Positions 36,398 to 45,960 of a stretch of 57,087 nucleotides of DNA are shown in pieces. Origin of the DNA: Bacillales bacterium (GTDB lineage Bacteria; Bacillota_I; Bacilli_A; RFN20; CAG-288). The translations under genes and the position numbers were made by a program. The notes beneath the pieces are model-generated. The model saw only the letters and a list, made by a program, of their open reading frames with translations. It was not told the DNA's origin and searched no databases. The DNA is taken from positions 1-57,087 of the forward strand of contig JAJVUU010000001.1 in assembly GCA_021621525.1 (NCBI GenBank), given 5' to 3'. Each line of letters starts with the position of its first letter. Positions within the stretch are counted from its first letter, which is position 1.

Positions 36398-36869
36398 AGG
36401 TGTCTTTCCTTTCCATCGACGAAAGAACGTCGTTTCTCATCCGATAGAAGGATTCTATGACATCCTTTCGTTCGGATAAGACATTCAGATTGTCCTTGGC
36501 AAGAGAAGAGAGAAAAGAGAGATGTCTTTCCAGAAGAGGCAGGAACCTTTCCTTATGAGTAGACTGACAAAGCAAAATAAGCTGTCCAAGATCATCAATC
36601 ACTTCCTCATAGAGATAGAGGATATCATTGATTTCCTTCCATTCTTCATCACTCAACAAGTCCTTTTTTCCAGAAAGGGAAAACAAGTCTCCGTCTTTCT
36701 CACATAAGGAAAGGACATTCTTTTCAAAATCCGGAAAGGCCTTGTCAAAATCACTAATCCCATCCTTGATGGTGCCAAGAAGGACAGACAATGAAAGAAG
36801 ACAGGCGGATCCACAATAATAGTCTGAAGAAGGATCCTTCAGAAGTTGGTTTTTCTGTTCAAGATTCAT
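36390..36869 (-). CDS. Hypothetical 159-aa helical protein
   Basis: It overlaps the sirtuin stop by ATGA. The N-terminal ..YYCGSACLLSLSVLLGT.. faintly recalls the GGSA..L motif of cyclodeaminase/cyclohydrolase (FTCD_C) proteins. That similarity is unverified. Confidence 0.5.
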   Translation of the reverse strand: MNLEQKNQLLKDPSSDYYCGSACLLSLSVLLGTIKDGISDFDKAFPDFEKNVLSLCEKDGDLFSLSGKKDLLSDEEWKEINDILYLYEEVIDDLGQLILLCQSTHKERFLPLLERHLSFLSSLAKDNLNVLSERKDVIESFYRMRNDVLSSMERKDTYE

Positions 36870-37603
36870 ACGTGCAATAGCTCAAAGAGCTCTCCTATTT
36901 TCTGATGGATGACCAGATCGGCATTCAAATCGGCACTGCTGGGATCCTTGTTGATGACAACAAGGTGTTTTCCATGGAAATACTTCACAAAACCAGCAGC
37001 AGGATAGACGACAAGGGAAGTCCCTGCGACAATGAGGACTTCTGCACTTTCAATCAGGACAAGAGCCTTGGTCACATCCATGTCGTTGAGGGCTTCACCA
37101 TAGAGGACCACATCCGGTTTGATGATACCTCCGCAGGAAGGACAATGGGGAACATCCTCCTTATCTTCCTTGATAGCCTTGGCATCAAACATCCTTCCAC
37201 AGTTCTGACAGAAGTTGCGATGCACCGACCCGTGGAGTTCGACGACATTCTTGCTCCCCGCCATCTGATGAAGGCCATCGATATTCTGTGTGATGATGCC
37301 TTTGAGCCTTCTTGCCTTCTCAAGTTCGGCAAGATATAAATGGGCTGCATTGGGTTTTGCATCCAGATTGATCATCCTATCCTTATAGAAACGATAGAAT
37401 TCCTTGGGATTCTGATAAAAGAAAGGAGCCGAGACAATCTCTTCCGGGTCATATCGGTATTCCTGATGATAGAGTCCGTCCTTGCTCCTGAAATCAGGAA
37501 TGCCGGATTCCGTCGACACTCCTGCCCCACCGAAAAAGACGATGTTGTGGCTAGAAGAGATGATGGACTGAAGCTGAAAAGCGTCTTCCTTGATATCTGA
37601 CAT
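36866..37603 (-). CDS. cobB: NAD-dependent protein deacylase (canonical bacterial sirtuin)
   Basis: 245 aa from ATG 37603 (GGAGGG SD). The motifs are GAGVSTESGIPDFRS, TQNIDGLH and the catalytic ELHGS. The Zn ribbon is CQNCG...CPSCGG. Confidence 0.85.
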   Translation of the reverse strand: MSDIKEDAFQLQSIISSSHNIVFFGGAGVSTESGIPDFRSKDGLYHQEYRYDPEEIVSAPFFYQNPKEFYRFYKDRMINLDAKPNAAHLYLAELEKARRLKGIITQNIDGLHQMAGSKNVVELHGSVHRNFCQNCGRMFDAKAIKEDKEDVPHCPSCGGIIKPDVVLYGEALNDMDVTKALVLIESAEVLIVAGTSLVVYPAAGFVKYFHGKHLVVINKDPSSADLNADLVIHQKIGELFELLHV

Positions 37604-37627
37604 GATGTCCCTCCAAAAACTACATTT

Positions 37628-37633
37628 ATTATA
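37628..37633 (-). promoter_or_regulatory. -10 box (TATAAT) upstream of the sirtuin gene
   Basis: On the minus strand TATAAT lies 24 nt upstream of ATG 37603. I saw no convincing -35. Confidence 0.35.
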
Positions 37634-37854
37634 GTTTTTTTCATGTCGGATATCGACATTCAATAGGATTTTCAAGTCAAATCATGTTTTAGAATCTCAA
37701 AAGGTTTCAGTCCATTCCAAGACAAGACCTGCTTTTTCATTTCGATCAATAAAGCAAAGAAACAGAAGTCCTGCCATATCACATGCCTGTGAAGCGATGA
37801 TTTTTCTATGGATATCGACAGCCGGGCAGAATTTTGTGATAAGATAATACCGGT

Positions 37855-38100
37855 ATGAGATTGGATAAATATTTAAAGGTCAGCCGCCTCATCAAAAGAA
37901 GAGAGGCTGCCAAGGAATTCATCGACAAAGGCTTCGTCAGGCTCAACGGAAAGATTGCCAAGCCTTCCGTGGAAGTCAAGGTGGATGACACCATCGAGAT
38001 TTCATCTCCTCTTGGAAAAGTCGTCAGAGCCAGAATCAAGGAAGTCAGGATGATTTCAACCATCCAGGATGCCTCTGAGATGTATGAATTATTGAACTGA
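37855..38100 (+). CDS. S4-domain RNA-binding protein (YabO/Hsp15-like)
   Basis: 81 aa. MRLDKYLKVSRLIKRREAAKEFIDKGFVRLNGKIAKPS is a typical S4 motif. Confidence 0.8.
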   Translation: MRLDKYLKVSRLIKRREAAKEFIDKGFVRLNGKIAKPSVEVKVDDTIEISSPLGKVVRARIKEVRMISTIQDASEMYELLN

Positions 38101-38101
38101 T

Positions 38102-38377
38102 ATGAAAAAGGCCGTCAACAAGAAATTTATCACCATCATCTATGTCTCTTTGATCACCTTCTGTGTGAGTCTTTTGACGTTGCTTCTTGTCTTCACCATC
38201 ATCCGTGTATGCAAGAATGCCCAGCTGAAGAAGGAAGCTGATGCCATCGTCGAAAGATATCGTACGGAAGCCAGCCAGCACAACAACAAGAAGGATCCCG
38301 ATTATGCAGAGATCTTCTTTGACAACAACGTCGTCTATATTCCAAACGAAGACATCGTCATGGAATATCATCCATGA
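38102..38377 (+). CDS. Small bitopic membrane protein, possibly a DivIC/FtsB-like septation protein
   Basis: 91 aa with one N-terminal TM helix, then a charged helix and a DPDYAEIFF..VYIPNEDIV tail. Its position after the S4 gene matches the yabO...divIC neighbourhood of Bacillus. Confidence 0.4.
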   Translation: MKKAVNKKFITIIYVSLITFCVSLLTLLLVFTIIRVCKNAQLKKEADAIVERYRTEASQHNNKKDPDYAEIFFDNNVVYIPNEDIVMEYHP

Positions 38378-39615
38378 GCCTCTCCCTGGAAATGAGGCGA
38401 CACTTTGATTCCCTGAATCTGGATCAAGGACATTATCTTCTCGCCTTCAGCGGAGGTCCTGACAGCGTCTATCTCCTATGGATGCTGTCTTTTTATTATG
38501 GCGAATCCTTGAAGGAACACATCACCCTCTGTTATATCAATTACCATGATTCCGCCTTCGTCGACAAGGAAGAAAGCATCGTCGATGACTATATTTCCCT
38601 TTTCCATCTGAATGCAATCAAGAACGACATCTCCTTCCCGGGAGAAGGAAACTTCGAAGACTGGGCAAGGAACTATCGTTATTCCTTATTTGAAGACATC
38701 ATCCTGAAAGAAGGCCTTGACGGTCTCCTTGTCGCCCATCAGAAGACCGATGTCGTCGAAACCTATCTTCTTCAGAAGCAGAGAAAGAACTACCCGACCT
38801 ACTATGGGCTAAGACAAATCAGTCCGTATTCCCATATCAGAATCATCCGTCCGATCCTGAATATATCAAAGAAGGAACTGACCGACATCCTTGACAAAGA
38901 AAACAAGCCATACTACTTCGACATCACCAATACCAATCCAAAGAAGCAGAGAAACAGGATTCGCATTCAACTGAAGGAAGAAGAACTGGATTCCTACCTG
39001 AAAGAGATTCAGAAGAAAAACGAAACCCTTCAAGCAATGGATGCGGAATTCAAAACCCATGAGAACGGAATGTATTTTGATGACTATGACAGCCGAAGCG
39101 AAGAATACCAGAAAAGATATATCTTTTTCCTCTTGGATGAATATAAAATAAAAAACAGGGAATCCATGGGAAAACAACTTTTCTATTTCCTAAGAAAACA
39201 TACATCCATGGAAATGAAGCTTGATGAAAGCCATAGCCTTTATCGATATAAGGGTTTCTTTTTCATCCACGAATCCTATTCCAACATCGCTTATTCATAC
39301 ACCTATGAGAAGGAAGGAATCTATGAGAACGGACATTTCAGAATCGATTTGACCAATCCAAGGAAATTCAATTTCTCTGCCTTCCCCATCACCATAAGAA
39401 GCTGTCATAAAGGAGATAGGATCGCAACAGACCTTCCTACCAAGGATGTCCATAAGTCCCTTCAGAAACAGAGCGTTCCCTTCTACTATCATTCCTGCTA
39501 TCCCGTCATGCAGCAGAACGATGACATCATCTGTCTACCCTTTTACAAGGATATCCTTTCCAAGAAGGTTCCTCTTACCTTGAAATTCATGAAGGAACCC
39601 GTCATAATCCATTGA
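38374..39615 (+). CDS. tilS: tRNA(Ile)-lysidine synthase
   Basis: 413 aa. The PP-loop is LLAFSGGPDSVYL, and the gene sits in the expected neighbourhood. Confidence 0.85.
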   Translation: MSLSLEMRRHFDSLNLDQGHYLLAFSGGPDSVYLLWMLSFYYGESLKEHITLCYINYHDSAFVDKEESIVDDYISLFHLNAIKNDISFPGEGNFEDWARNYRYSLFEDIILKEGLDGLLVAHQKTDVVETYLLQKQRKNYPTYYGLRQISPYSHIRIIRPILNISKKELTDILDKENKPYYFDITNTNPKKQRNRIRIQLKEEELDSYLKEIQKKNETLQAMDAEFKTHENGMYFDDYDSRSEEYQKRYIFFLLDEYKIKNRESMGKQLFYFLRKHTSMEMKLDESHSLYRYKGFFFIHESYSNIAYSYTYEKEGIYENGHFRIDLTNPRKFNFSAFPITIRSCHKGDRIATDLPTKDVHKSLQKQSVPFYYHSCYPVMQQNDDIICLPFYKDILSKKVPLTLKFMKEPVIIH

Positions 39616-39616
39616 T

Positions 39617-40186
39617 ATGAAACACAAAGCGCTTCTTCTGTCATCCTTCCTCCTTCTTGCTTCCTGCAGCCAGAACAACATCAAGCCATGCTATCAGTGC
39701 TATCTGGGAAGAATGTATCTTTCCGGTGGAACAAAAAAGGAAGAAGACATCTCTTCCTCCCTCATCCTGGATAAGGTCACATCCAGAAAGAACGAACCCC
39801 ATTATGGGGAAAGCCATATCCTGATAGGCAAGGATGAAAAGCAGAGCTTCTATGAAGAAAATCCCGGTTTCCCGGAAAAAGAGAAGAACGGCAATATCGA
39901 AAGCGATGACATCATCATCCAGTTCTTTGTCCAGATTCCCAAAGGCTATACCGGATTCAAGAGAAACAACGTCCAAGGCTACATCCATAAAGACAGTCAG
40001 ATCATGCTGACGGACAACCTATATTACTATGAGAACCAGAACAAGCTTTTCTTCTGTGACATCGACATCAAAAAGGAAGAGACGTCCATCTCTTCCAGCG
40101 TATTTTCATTCTACTTCGCCATATCATCCGACCTTGAATATATCGTAAAAGATGCTTCAATCAGACTGATATATCAGCTGAGCTGA
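39617..40186 (+). CDS. Hypothetical lipoprotein
   Basis: 189 aa. The signal peptide MKHKALLLSSFLLLASC has a lipobox. Confidence 0.6.
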   Translation: MKHKALLLSSFLLLASCSQNNIKPCYQCYLGRMYLSGGTKKEEDISSSLILDKVTSRKNEPHYGESHILIGKDEKQSFYEENPGFPEKEKNGNIESDDIIIQFFVQIPKGYTGFKRNNVQGYIHKDSQIMLTDNLYYYENQNKLFFCDIDIKKEETSISSSVFSFYFAISSDLEYIVKDASIRLIYQLS

Positions 40187-43100
40187 TATATCTCATCCAG
40201 ATTTTCGCAAAGGAAGAGAAGATCAGCAAGATAGTCCTTGGTCTTCGTCAAGATGAACTCAAAGAGATGTTCTCCGTTGACGCGTAGCCTGAGCTTCACG
40301 GCAAGCGGTTTTAACCTGTCATCAAGCTGACGATAGATGGAAGCCTTCGCACAGAACTGTCTGCTCATGGTGACTTGATAGCTTCCCAAAGCTTCGACAA
40401 AGTTGGCGTAGAGAGAGGAGTTGAGATAATTCTCTATCTTCTTTTTGACAAGGAGGTTTCCGACCTCATCCGGATAGGGACCATAGACATCCCTGATCTT
40501 CTTGGAGAACTGCGCAAGTTCCTTATCATTGCCACAATCGGAGAGTTCCTTGTACATCGTGATGCGCTGAGCCTCGGAACCATAGTCGCTCGGAATATGG
40601 GCATCCAAAGAGAAGGAAAGCTCAAACTGAGGATGGCTGGCTTCTTCACTTGCACTGGAGGCAAGCTTCTTTTCCTTGACGACGGTGGCAAGGAGGTCCA
40701 TATAGGCATCATAGCCAAGCGTATCGACAAAGCCGGCCTGCTCGCTTCCTAGAATATCCCCTGCGCCACGGATATTGAGATCCTGCATGGCGATCTTATA
40801 ACCGGAACCAAGCTGGGTAAAGTCCTTGAGAGCCTTCAGTCTCTTCTTTCCTTCATCCGTCATCTTGCTTGCATCCTTGAAGAAGAAGTAGGCATAGGCA
40901 AGCCTGTCGCTCCTTCCGACCCTGCCTTTGATCTGATAGAGCTGGGCAAGGCCGAAATGATCGGCATCCTCGACGATGATGGTGTTGACATTGGGAATGT
41001 CAAGGCCGGATTCGATGATGGATGTGCATACCAGGATATCGATCCTGCACTGATAGAAGTCGTTCATGACCTCTTCGATCTCATCCTGATTCATCCTGGC
41101 ATGGACGACGGCAACCTTATGGTCTGGGAATTTCTTCTGCAACCTGTCAGAGAGAGCCTGGATAGACGAGATGTTGTTATGAAGATAGTAGACCTGGCCT
41201 TTCCGCTGAAGTTCCTTGTCGATGACCTCATAGATAAGTTCGTTGTCCTGCCTTGCGACATAAGTCTTGACCGGCATCCTGTTAAGAGGAGGTTCACAAA
41301 GAAGAGACATGCTTCTTACGCCAAGCAGGGACATCTGCATGGTCCTTGGAATCGGTGTAGCCGTCAAAGTCAGACAATCGACATTCTTTGCCTTCTCCTT
41401 GATTTTTTCCTTATGGGCGACACCAAACTTCTGTTCCTCGTCGATGATGAGAAGCCCGAGGTCCTTGAACTTCACGCCATCAGCCAGAAGCCCATGCGTA
41501 CCGATGACAAAATCCACCTTCCCGTCCTGAAGGCCTTGGATGATCTCAGCCTGCTTCTTCTTGCTGACGAAACGGTTATATACTTCGATATGCACGCCAA
41601 AGCCGTCAAATCTCTTCAAGGCAACCTTATAGTGCTGATTCGACAAGATGGTCGTAGGGCATAAGAGAACAGCCTGCTTATGATTCAGAATCGCCTTGAA
41701 GGCAGCATTGAAGGCAATTTCAGTCTTTCCAAATCCGACATCCCCGGCGATGAGACGGTCCATCGGACGGGGCGCCTCCATATCATCAAAGACATCCTGG
41801 ATGGCAGCCTTCTGGCTTTCCGTATAGGGATAAGAGAAGGATTCCATGAATGATTTCTCCAGTTCTTCCTCCCTGGCAAAGGCAAAGCCAGGTCGGTTCT
41901 GCCTTTCAGAATACAGGGCAAGAAGCTGGTCGGCAAGATAGGAAATACGGGAGCGGATCTTCGATTTCTTTCTAGACCAGGTCGATCCGCCAAGCCTGTC
42001 AAGGCTGGGAGCATAGCCTTCCCTGGAAGAGTATTTCCGGATGAGGCGGTATTGGGACAACGGAAGATAGAACATGGCATCATTTGCATATTCGACCTTC
42101 AGGTATTCCAAGCCATCCATGGTGACGACACCGAGATATTTTCCGACTCCATGGATTTCATGGACGACATAGTCACCGATTTTCAGATCTTCATATTTAC
42201 GGATGATCTTGGCCTGCTTGTATCTTGAAAGGAAGCGAGACTTCTGGTCGCTGACACCGAAGATTTCCTTGGCACTGAGATAGACATGCTTCTCCCTGAC
42301 GACTTCATAGCCATGCGTGATTCTTCCTTCTGCCAGCATGACCTGGGAGTGATCAGGATAAAGGGTATGCTGAATACCCTTTTCCGTCAGATAGCTGTCA
42401 TAGTTGGATAGATTCGGTTGGGGAAGGACGATACGTATCTTGTCTCCTTCCTTCAGGTATTCACGAATCATGAAATCCGATTCTGCATAGGAAAGGGCCT
42501 TGAAGCTGTTCTCACGTATGGCAAATCCGTCTTCATTCAAGTCTGCTCTTTGATAGGAAGATAAGTCCATCCTTTCTTTGACATAGACAGACTCTCCTAG
42601 GATGGATGTCCCGTCTAAGACAGCCTTACTGAAATAACCGGTTTCCTTTTTATGGATTTCTTTGTCTTCATCGATACAGGATGGGGCATCAAAGACATAT
42701 TTCTCATAATCAGTGAGATAATCCTCCAATGAAGACTCTTCCTTTTTGAAGAGAGGATAGAAACGGGCATCGACTTCACCTAAGTATCCATTCCTGGCTT
42801 CTTGAAGAAGATTGGAAAGCCTTGAAAGAAGATCGTCATAAGCCAACCTGTCCTTGACCTTGTCAGACTCCGTCTTGATGATTTCTTCGATATTCCTGTT
42901 TCCATATTCAATCTCTTCGTCAGAAAGAAGTCTCAGGCTTCCAGGATGAAGCATGAAAGACTTGACATGTTCAAAGGAAAGCTCATCGCTGACCTTGAAG
43001 AAACGGATGTCATCGATTTCATCTCCGAAGAATTCGATACGGACCGGATTGGAATAACTTGCATCATAGATATCAAGGATTCCGCCCCGATGGGCAAACT

Positions 43101-43611
43101 GGTTGCATGAGGTGACACTGTCGACATTCTGATAGCCAAACCTGACAAGCTTCTCCGTCAGTTTGCTGACAGATACCATGTCACCGACATGTACCGAAAA
43201 AAGATTCTTCTGATAGTCTTCTTTGGAAAGAAGGGAAATCTGCTTGGATGACACATGTCCGACCAGGATGGAAGGCTTGTCGGAAAAGACGGAAGCGATG
43301 GATAGAAGTCTCTCCTCAGCCATCTCAGGGGAAGCACCGATGGCGCTGGTGCGGAAGATTTCATCATAAGGGAAGAAATAGGCATCCTCTTCCTTGACAT
43401 AGTCTAACAGGAACTGAGAGAAGTGTTCTGCCTCATAGATGGTCGGAAAAAGGAAGAACATTTTTCTTGGATGTTCTTGAAATGACAAAGCAGTCAAAAG
43501 GGCAAGAGCCTCGACAGAAGAGACAGATACATGCTCATGGCTGTCCAGATGTTCTTTTTCCTTGTCCTTCCTTAGATAATCAAACAAGGTGATTTTATCC
43601 AGCAATGCCAT
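40174..43611 (-). CDS. mfd: Transcription-repair coupling factor
   Basis: 1,145 aa. The helicase motifs are GDVGFGKTEIA, DEEQKFGV and QLYQIKGRVGRS. The gene follows pth. Confidence 0.95.
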   Translation of the reverse strand: MALLDKITLFDYLRKDKEKEHLDSHEHVSVSSVEALALLTALSFQEHPRKMFFLFPTIYEAEHFSQFLLDYVKEEDAYFFPYDEIFRTSAIGASPEMAEERLLSIASVFSDKPSILVGHVSSKQISLLSKEDYQKNLFSVHVGDMVSVSKLTEKLVRFGYQNVDSVTSCNQFAHRGGILDIYDASYSNPVRIEFFGDEIDDIRFFKVSDELSFEHVKSFMLHPGSLRLLSDEEIEYGNRNIEEIIKTESDKVKDRLAYDDLLSRLSNLLQEARNGYLGEVDARFYPLFKKEESSLEDYLTDYEKYVFDAPSCIDEDKEIHKKETGYFSKAVLDGTSILGESVYVKERMDLSSYQRADLNEDGFAIRENSFKALSYAESDFMIREYLKEGDKIRIVLPQPNLSNYDSYLTEKGIQHTLYPDHSQVMLAEGRITHGYEVVREKHVYLSAKEIFGVSDQKSRFLSRYKQAKIIRKYEDLKIGDYVVHEIHGVGKYLGVVTMDGLEYLKVEYANDAMFYLPLSQYRLIRKYSSREGYAPSLDRLGGSTWSRKKSKIRSRISYLADQLLALYSERQNRPGFAFAREEELEKSFMESFSYPYTESQKAAIQDVFDDMEAPRPMDRLIAGDVGFGKTEIAFNAAFKAILNHKQAVLLCPTTILSNQHYKVALKRFDGFGVHIEVYNRFVSKKKQAEIIQGLQDGKVDFVIGTHGLLADGVKFKDLGLLIIDEEQKFGVAHKEKIKEKAKNVDCLTLTATPIPRTMQMSLLGVRSMSLLCEPPLNRMPVKTYVARQDNELIYEVIDKELQRKGQVYYLHNNISSIQALSDRLQKKFPDHKVAVVHARMNQDEIEEVMNDFYQCRIDILVCTSIIESGLDIPNVNTIIVEDADHFGLAQLYQIKGRVGRSDRLAYAYFFFKDASKMTDEGKKRLKALKDFTQLGSGYKIAMQDLNIRGAGDILGSEQAGFVDTLGYDAYMDLLATVVKEKKLASSASEEASHPQFELSFSLDAHIPSDYGSEAQRITMYKELSDCGNDKELAQFSKKIRDVYGPYPDEVGNLLVKKKIENYLNSSLYANFVEALGSYQVTMSRQFCAKASIYRQLDDRLKPLAVKLRLRVNGEHLFEFILTKTKDYLADLLFLCENLDEIYQLS

Positions 43612-43612
43612 A

Positions 43613-44203
43613 TCACTTCTTCATATGATCTTCGGCATTGAACTTGGTCATGGCCTTGTCAAAGCCGTACTTCAAAGCAAATTCCGTTGCTGCACAGGCC
43701 TTGCTGATACCATCCTTCCAGGCATCATAGACCTCCTTCTCCTTCGGACAGGAGAGGACATAATCAGGAATGCGATTCGGATTGTTGCTCATGGCCGGTC
43801 TTCCGATACCGATACGGATACGATCAAAGACATCCGTCCCCAAAAGGGAAATGATGTTCTTAAGCCCGTTATGACCAGCAGAAGAGCCTTTCTTCTTGAG
43901 CCTGACAAATCCAGGTTCCGTATCCATGTCATCGACAAGAACGAGAATGTCGCTGATATCGATCTTGAAAAAACTCTTTACGGCAACCAAGGCTTCCCCG
44001 CTGAGATTGACATAGGTCTGAGGTTTGACAAGGATGACATCCTCATCAAATATCTTTCCCTTTCCATAGAGAGATTTGAAATCTCTCTTTTTGATATCGA
44101 TGTCAAAATCCTCGGCCAGAAGGTCAAGAGCCTGAAATCCGGAATTATGCCTGGTATCCTCATAGATATCACCATAATTTCCGATGCCTAAAATCAATTT
44201 CAT
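43613..44203 (-). CDS. pth: Peptidyl-tRNA hydrolase
   Basis: 196 aa. It has MKLILGIGNYG..Y..TRHNSGF and GHNGLKNI motifs. Confidence 0.9.
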   Translation of the reverse strand: MKLILGIGNYGDIYEDTRHNSGFQALDLLAEDFDIDIKKRDFKSLYGKGKIFDEDVILVKPQTYVNLSGEALVAVKSFFKIDISDILVLVDDMDTEPGFVRLKKKGSSAGHNGLKNIISLLGTDVFDRIRIGIGRPAMSNNPNRIPDYVLSCPKEKEVYDAWKDGISKACAATEFALKYGFDKAMTKFNAEDHMKK

Positions 44204-44206
44204 ATG

Positions 44207-45079
44207 TCACTTCCTTTTCTTGGAACAGTTTTTGACGGATTCTTCCAGAAAATCATTTGCTTTCATATCATTATTCTTATGCACCATCAGGATCACCGGT
44301 ATGTTCCTAGTGTTGAAGATGAAGAAATAATAATCCTTGTATTTTGTGGCGTCCTTGCATGAAGAGAAGGAACAGAACAGTTTCTTTGTCGTAATCCCAT
44401 TCTTATTCTTGATTTCAGTGGTCACATCAAATCCGTCGGGATAGAATCCGGTGGTATTCGAAAGAACATGCTTCTTCAGGGATTTATACTGAATCACGAT
44501 CATCAAAGGCAACGACACGAGGAAGACAAAGAAGAAAAGACAGGCTATGACGATGGCGACAACGGATTTCAGGAAGATGCCAATGCCTAGCAGCAGGCAT
44601 GAAAGAATGAAAAGAAGGACATAGACCACGGCCTGTGGCTTCAGGGTGAACAGCTGGGCTACGAACATGATTTTGAAAGGAACATCGTATCCTTTGCCCT
44701 TATCCATGTAAATCAAATCATCCCTCTGAGCGTACTTCAGGCTTGCTCCGCAATGCTCGCAGAAGTTGGCCGTGGACGGATTTGCCTCATGGCAGGAAGG
44801 ACATACAACGGTGTGTTCACTCATCTTGTCATGGACTCCTTCCCGCTTCTCGAAGACAGGATGTCTTGCCCTATAGATACCCATGATGAGAAAGATGATC
44901 ATCAATATGACGGAGACAAACATCATCATGAAACACAACATGAAGATGACGGACTCCGGCGTCTCCATCACTTCGCCTTTATGGTTCACCGCAAATCCCA
45001 CCAAGATTGCCGCACATATGCAGAAAACCACGACACAGACAATGAAGGCGACACCGAATGGATTGTTTTTTCTTTTCAT
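44207..45079 (-). CDS. Zinc-ribbon membrane protein, paralog 2
   Basis: 290 aa with two N-terminal TM helices. The ribbon is CPSCHEANPSTANFCEHCG. More TM helices and a C-terminal soluble domain follow. Confidence 0.6.
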   Translation of the reverse strand: MKRKNNPFGVAFIVCVVVFCICAAILVGFAVNHKGEVMETPESVIFMLCFMMMFVSVILMIIFLIMGIYRARHPVFEKREGVHDKMSEHTVVCPSCHEANPSTANFCEHCGASLKYAQRDDLIYMDKGKGYDVPFKIMFVAQLFTLKPQAVVYVLLFILSCLLLGIGIFLKSVVAIVIACLFFFVFLVSLPLMIVIQYKSLKKHVLSNTTGFYPDGFDVTTEIKNKNGITTKKLFCSFSSCKDATKYKDYYFFIFNTRNIPVILMVHKNNDMKANDFLEESVKNCSKKRK

Positions 45080-45957
45080 GACTGCATTTTCCCTTTCTTG
45101 ATCAGATTATCCAAAGTCATATTCACCTGATAGGACGGTGTCTTTTTGAAAGCCACATAGGATGACCTCCTATGGCCCCGGGAGAACATCAGATAATACC
45201 AGTCGCCTTTCATCTTTCCCTTCAAAAACGAAGAATAGGAATAGAAAACCCTTGCCACTTCCGCATCATTCTTCTTATTATATACGACGACTTCGATGCC
45301 ATCCTGGAAGAAACGTTCCTTCAGATAACGACCGTTTCCGAAGGAAGAAAACACCACAGGCATCACAATCATCAATACAAGGGCAAAAAGACATACGCCA
45401 AGAACAATGTAGCCGGCAATGGCCGAATCCGGTTTCAGCCGCAGCGAAATATAGACAACGGCACCGATGACATAAAAAAGAAAGAAAGGAAGAATGATAA
45501 GATACCATTTCATCAGATACCAGAAGCTCTTCAAGCGGATGGAAAATGGAATTCCGCTCTTATCGGTAGATTCATAAAGAGGCAGCCCTCGTCCTCCGGC
45601 ATGCAGCACAGCTCCGCAACGGGAACAGAACTGACTTGTGGAAGGATTGGCGGTGTTGCAATTCGGACAGATTACGGAGTCTGACGTCTCACTTCCCGTA
45701 AATCCATGCTGATTCATGCTGTCGGGGTTGTTTTTTTTACGTTTTATGATTTTGGTTGCAATCAGTATCCATACCACCATACTTAGGACAATGAAGGCAA
45801 AGACAAATATTGCAATCATATGGAAATTGTCGGCAAGATGATTCATATCTCCTCCATTTCGTGCCGTCTGAATGAAAAAGACGACAAAGGCAGAAAAATA
45901 AAGAACAAAGCCTATGGCAAAGAGAATTTTGAAAACTATTGGATTCCTTTGTCTCAT
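45076..45957 (-). CDS. Zinc-ribbon membrane protein, paralog 1
   Basis: 293 aa with the same architecture. The ribbon is CPNCNTANPSTSQFCSRCG. Its stop overlaps the start of the paralog by 4 nt. Confidence 0.6.
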   Translation of the reverse strand: MRQRNPIVFKILFAIGFVLYFSAFVVFFIQTARNGGDMNHLADNFHMIAIFVFAFIVLSMVVWILIATKIIKRKKNNPDSMNQHGFTGSETSDSVICPNCNTANPSTSQFCSRCGAVLHAGGRGLPLYESTDKSGIPFSIRLKSFWYLMKWYLIILPFFLFYVIGAVVYISLRLKPDSAIAGYIVLGVCLFALVLMIVMPVVFSSFGNGRYLKERFFQDGIEVVVYNKKNDAEVARVFYSYSSFLKGKMKGDWYYLMFSRGHRRSSYVAFKKTPSYQVNMTLDNLIKKGKMQS

Positions 45958-45960
45958 GAG

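Noticed and set aside
36866-37603. The Sir2-domain protein could be the effector of an anti-phage system (Thoeris ThsA, DSR or SIR2-HerA type).
   Set aside because: It is a 245-aa stand-alone canonical sirtuin. It has the full NAD pocket motifs, the catalytic His and the CxxC...CxxC zinc ribbon of protein deacylases. It has no fused SLOG/TIR/helicase-like sensor domain, and no HerA, TIR or pAgo partner nearby.
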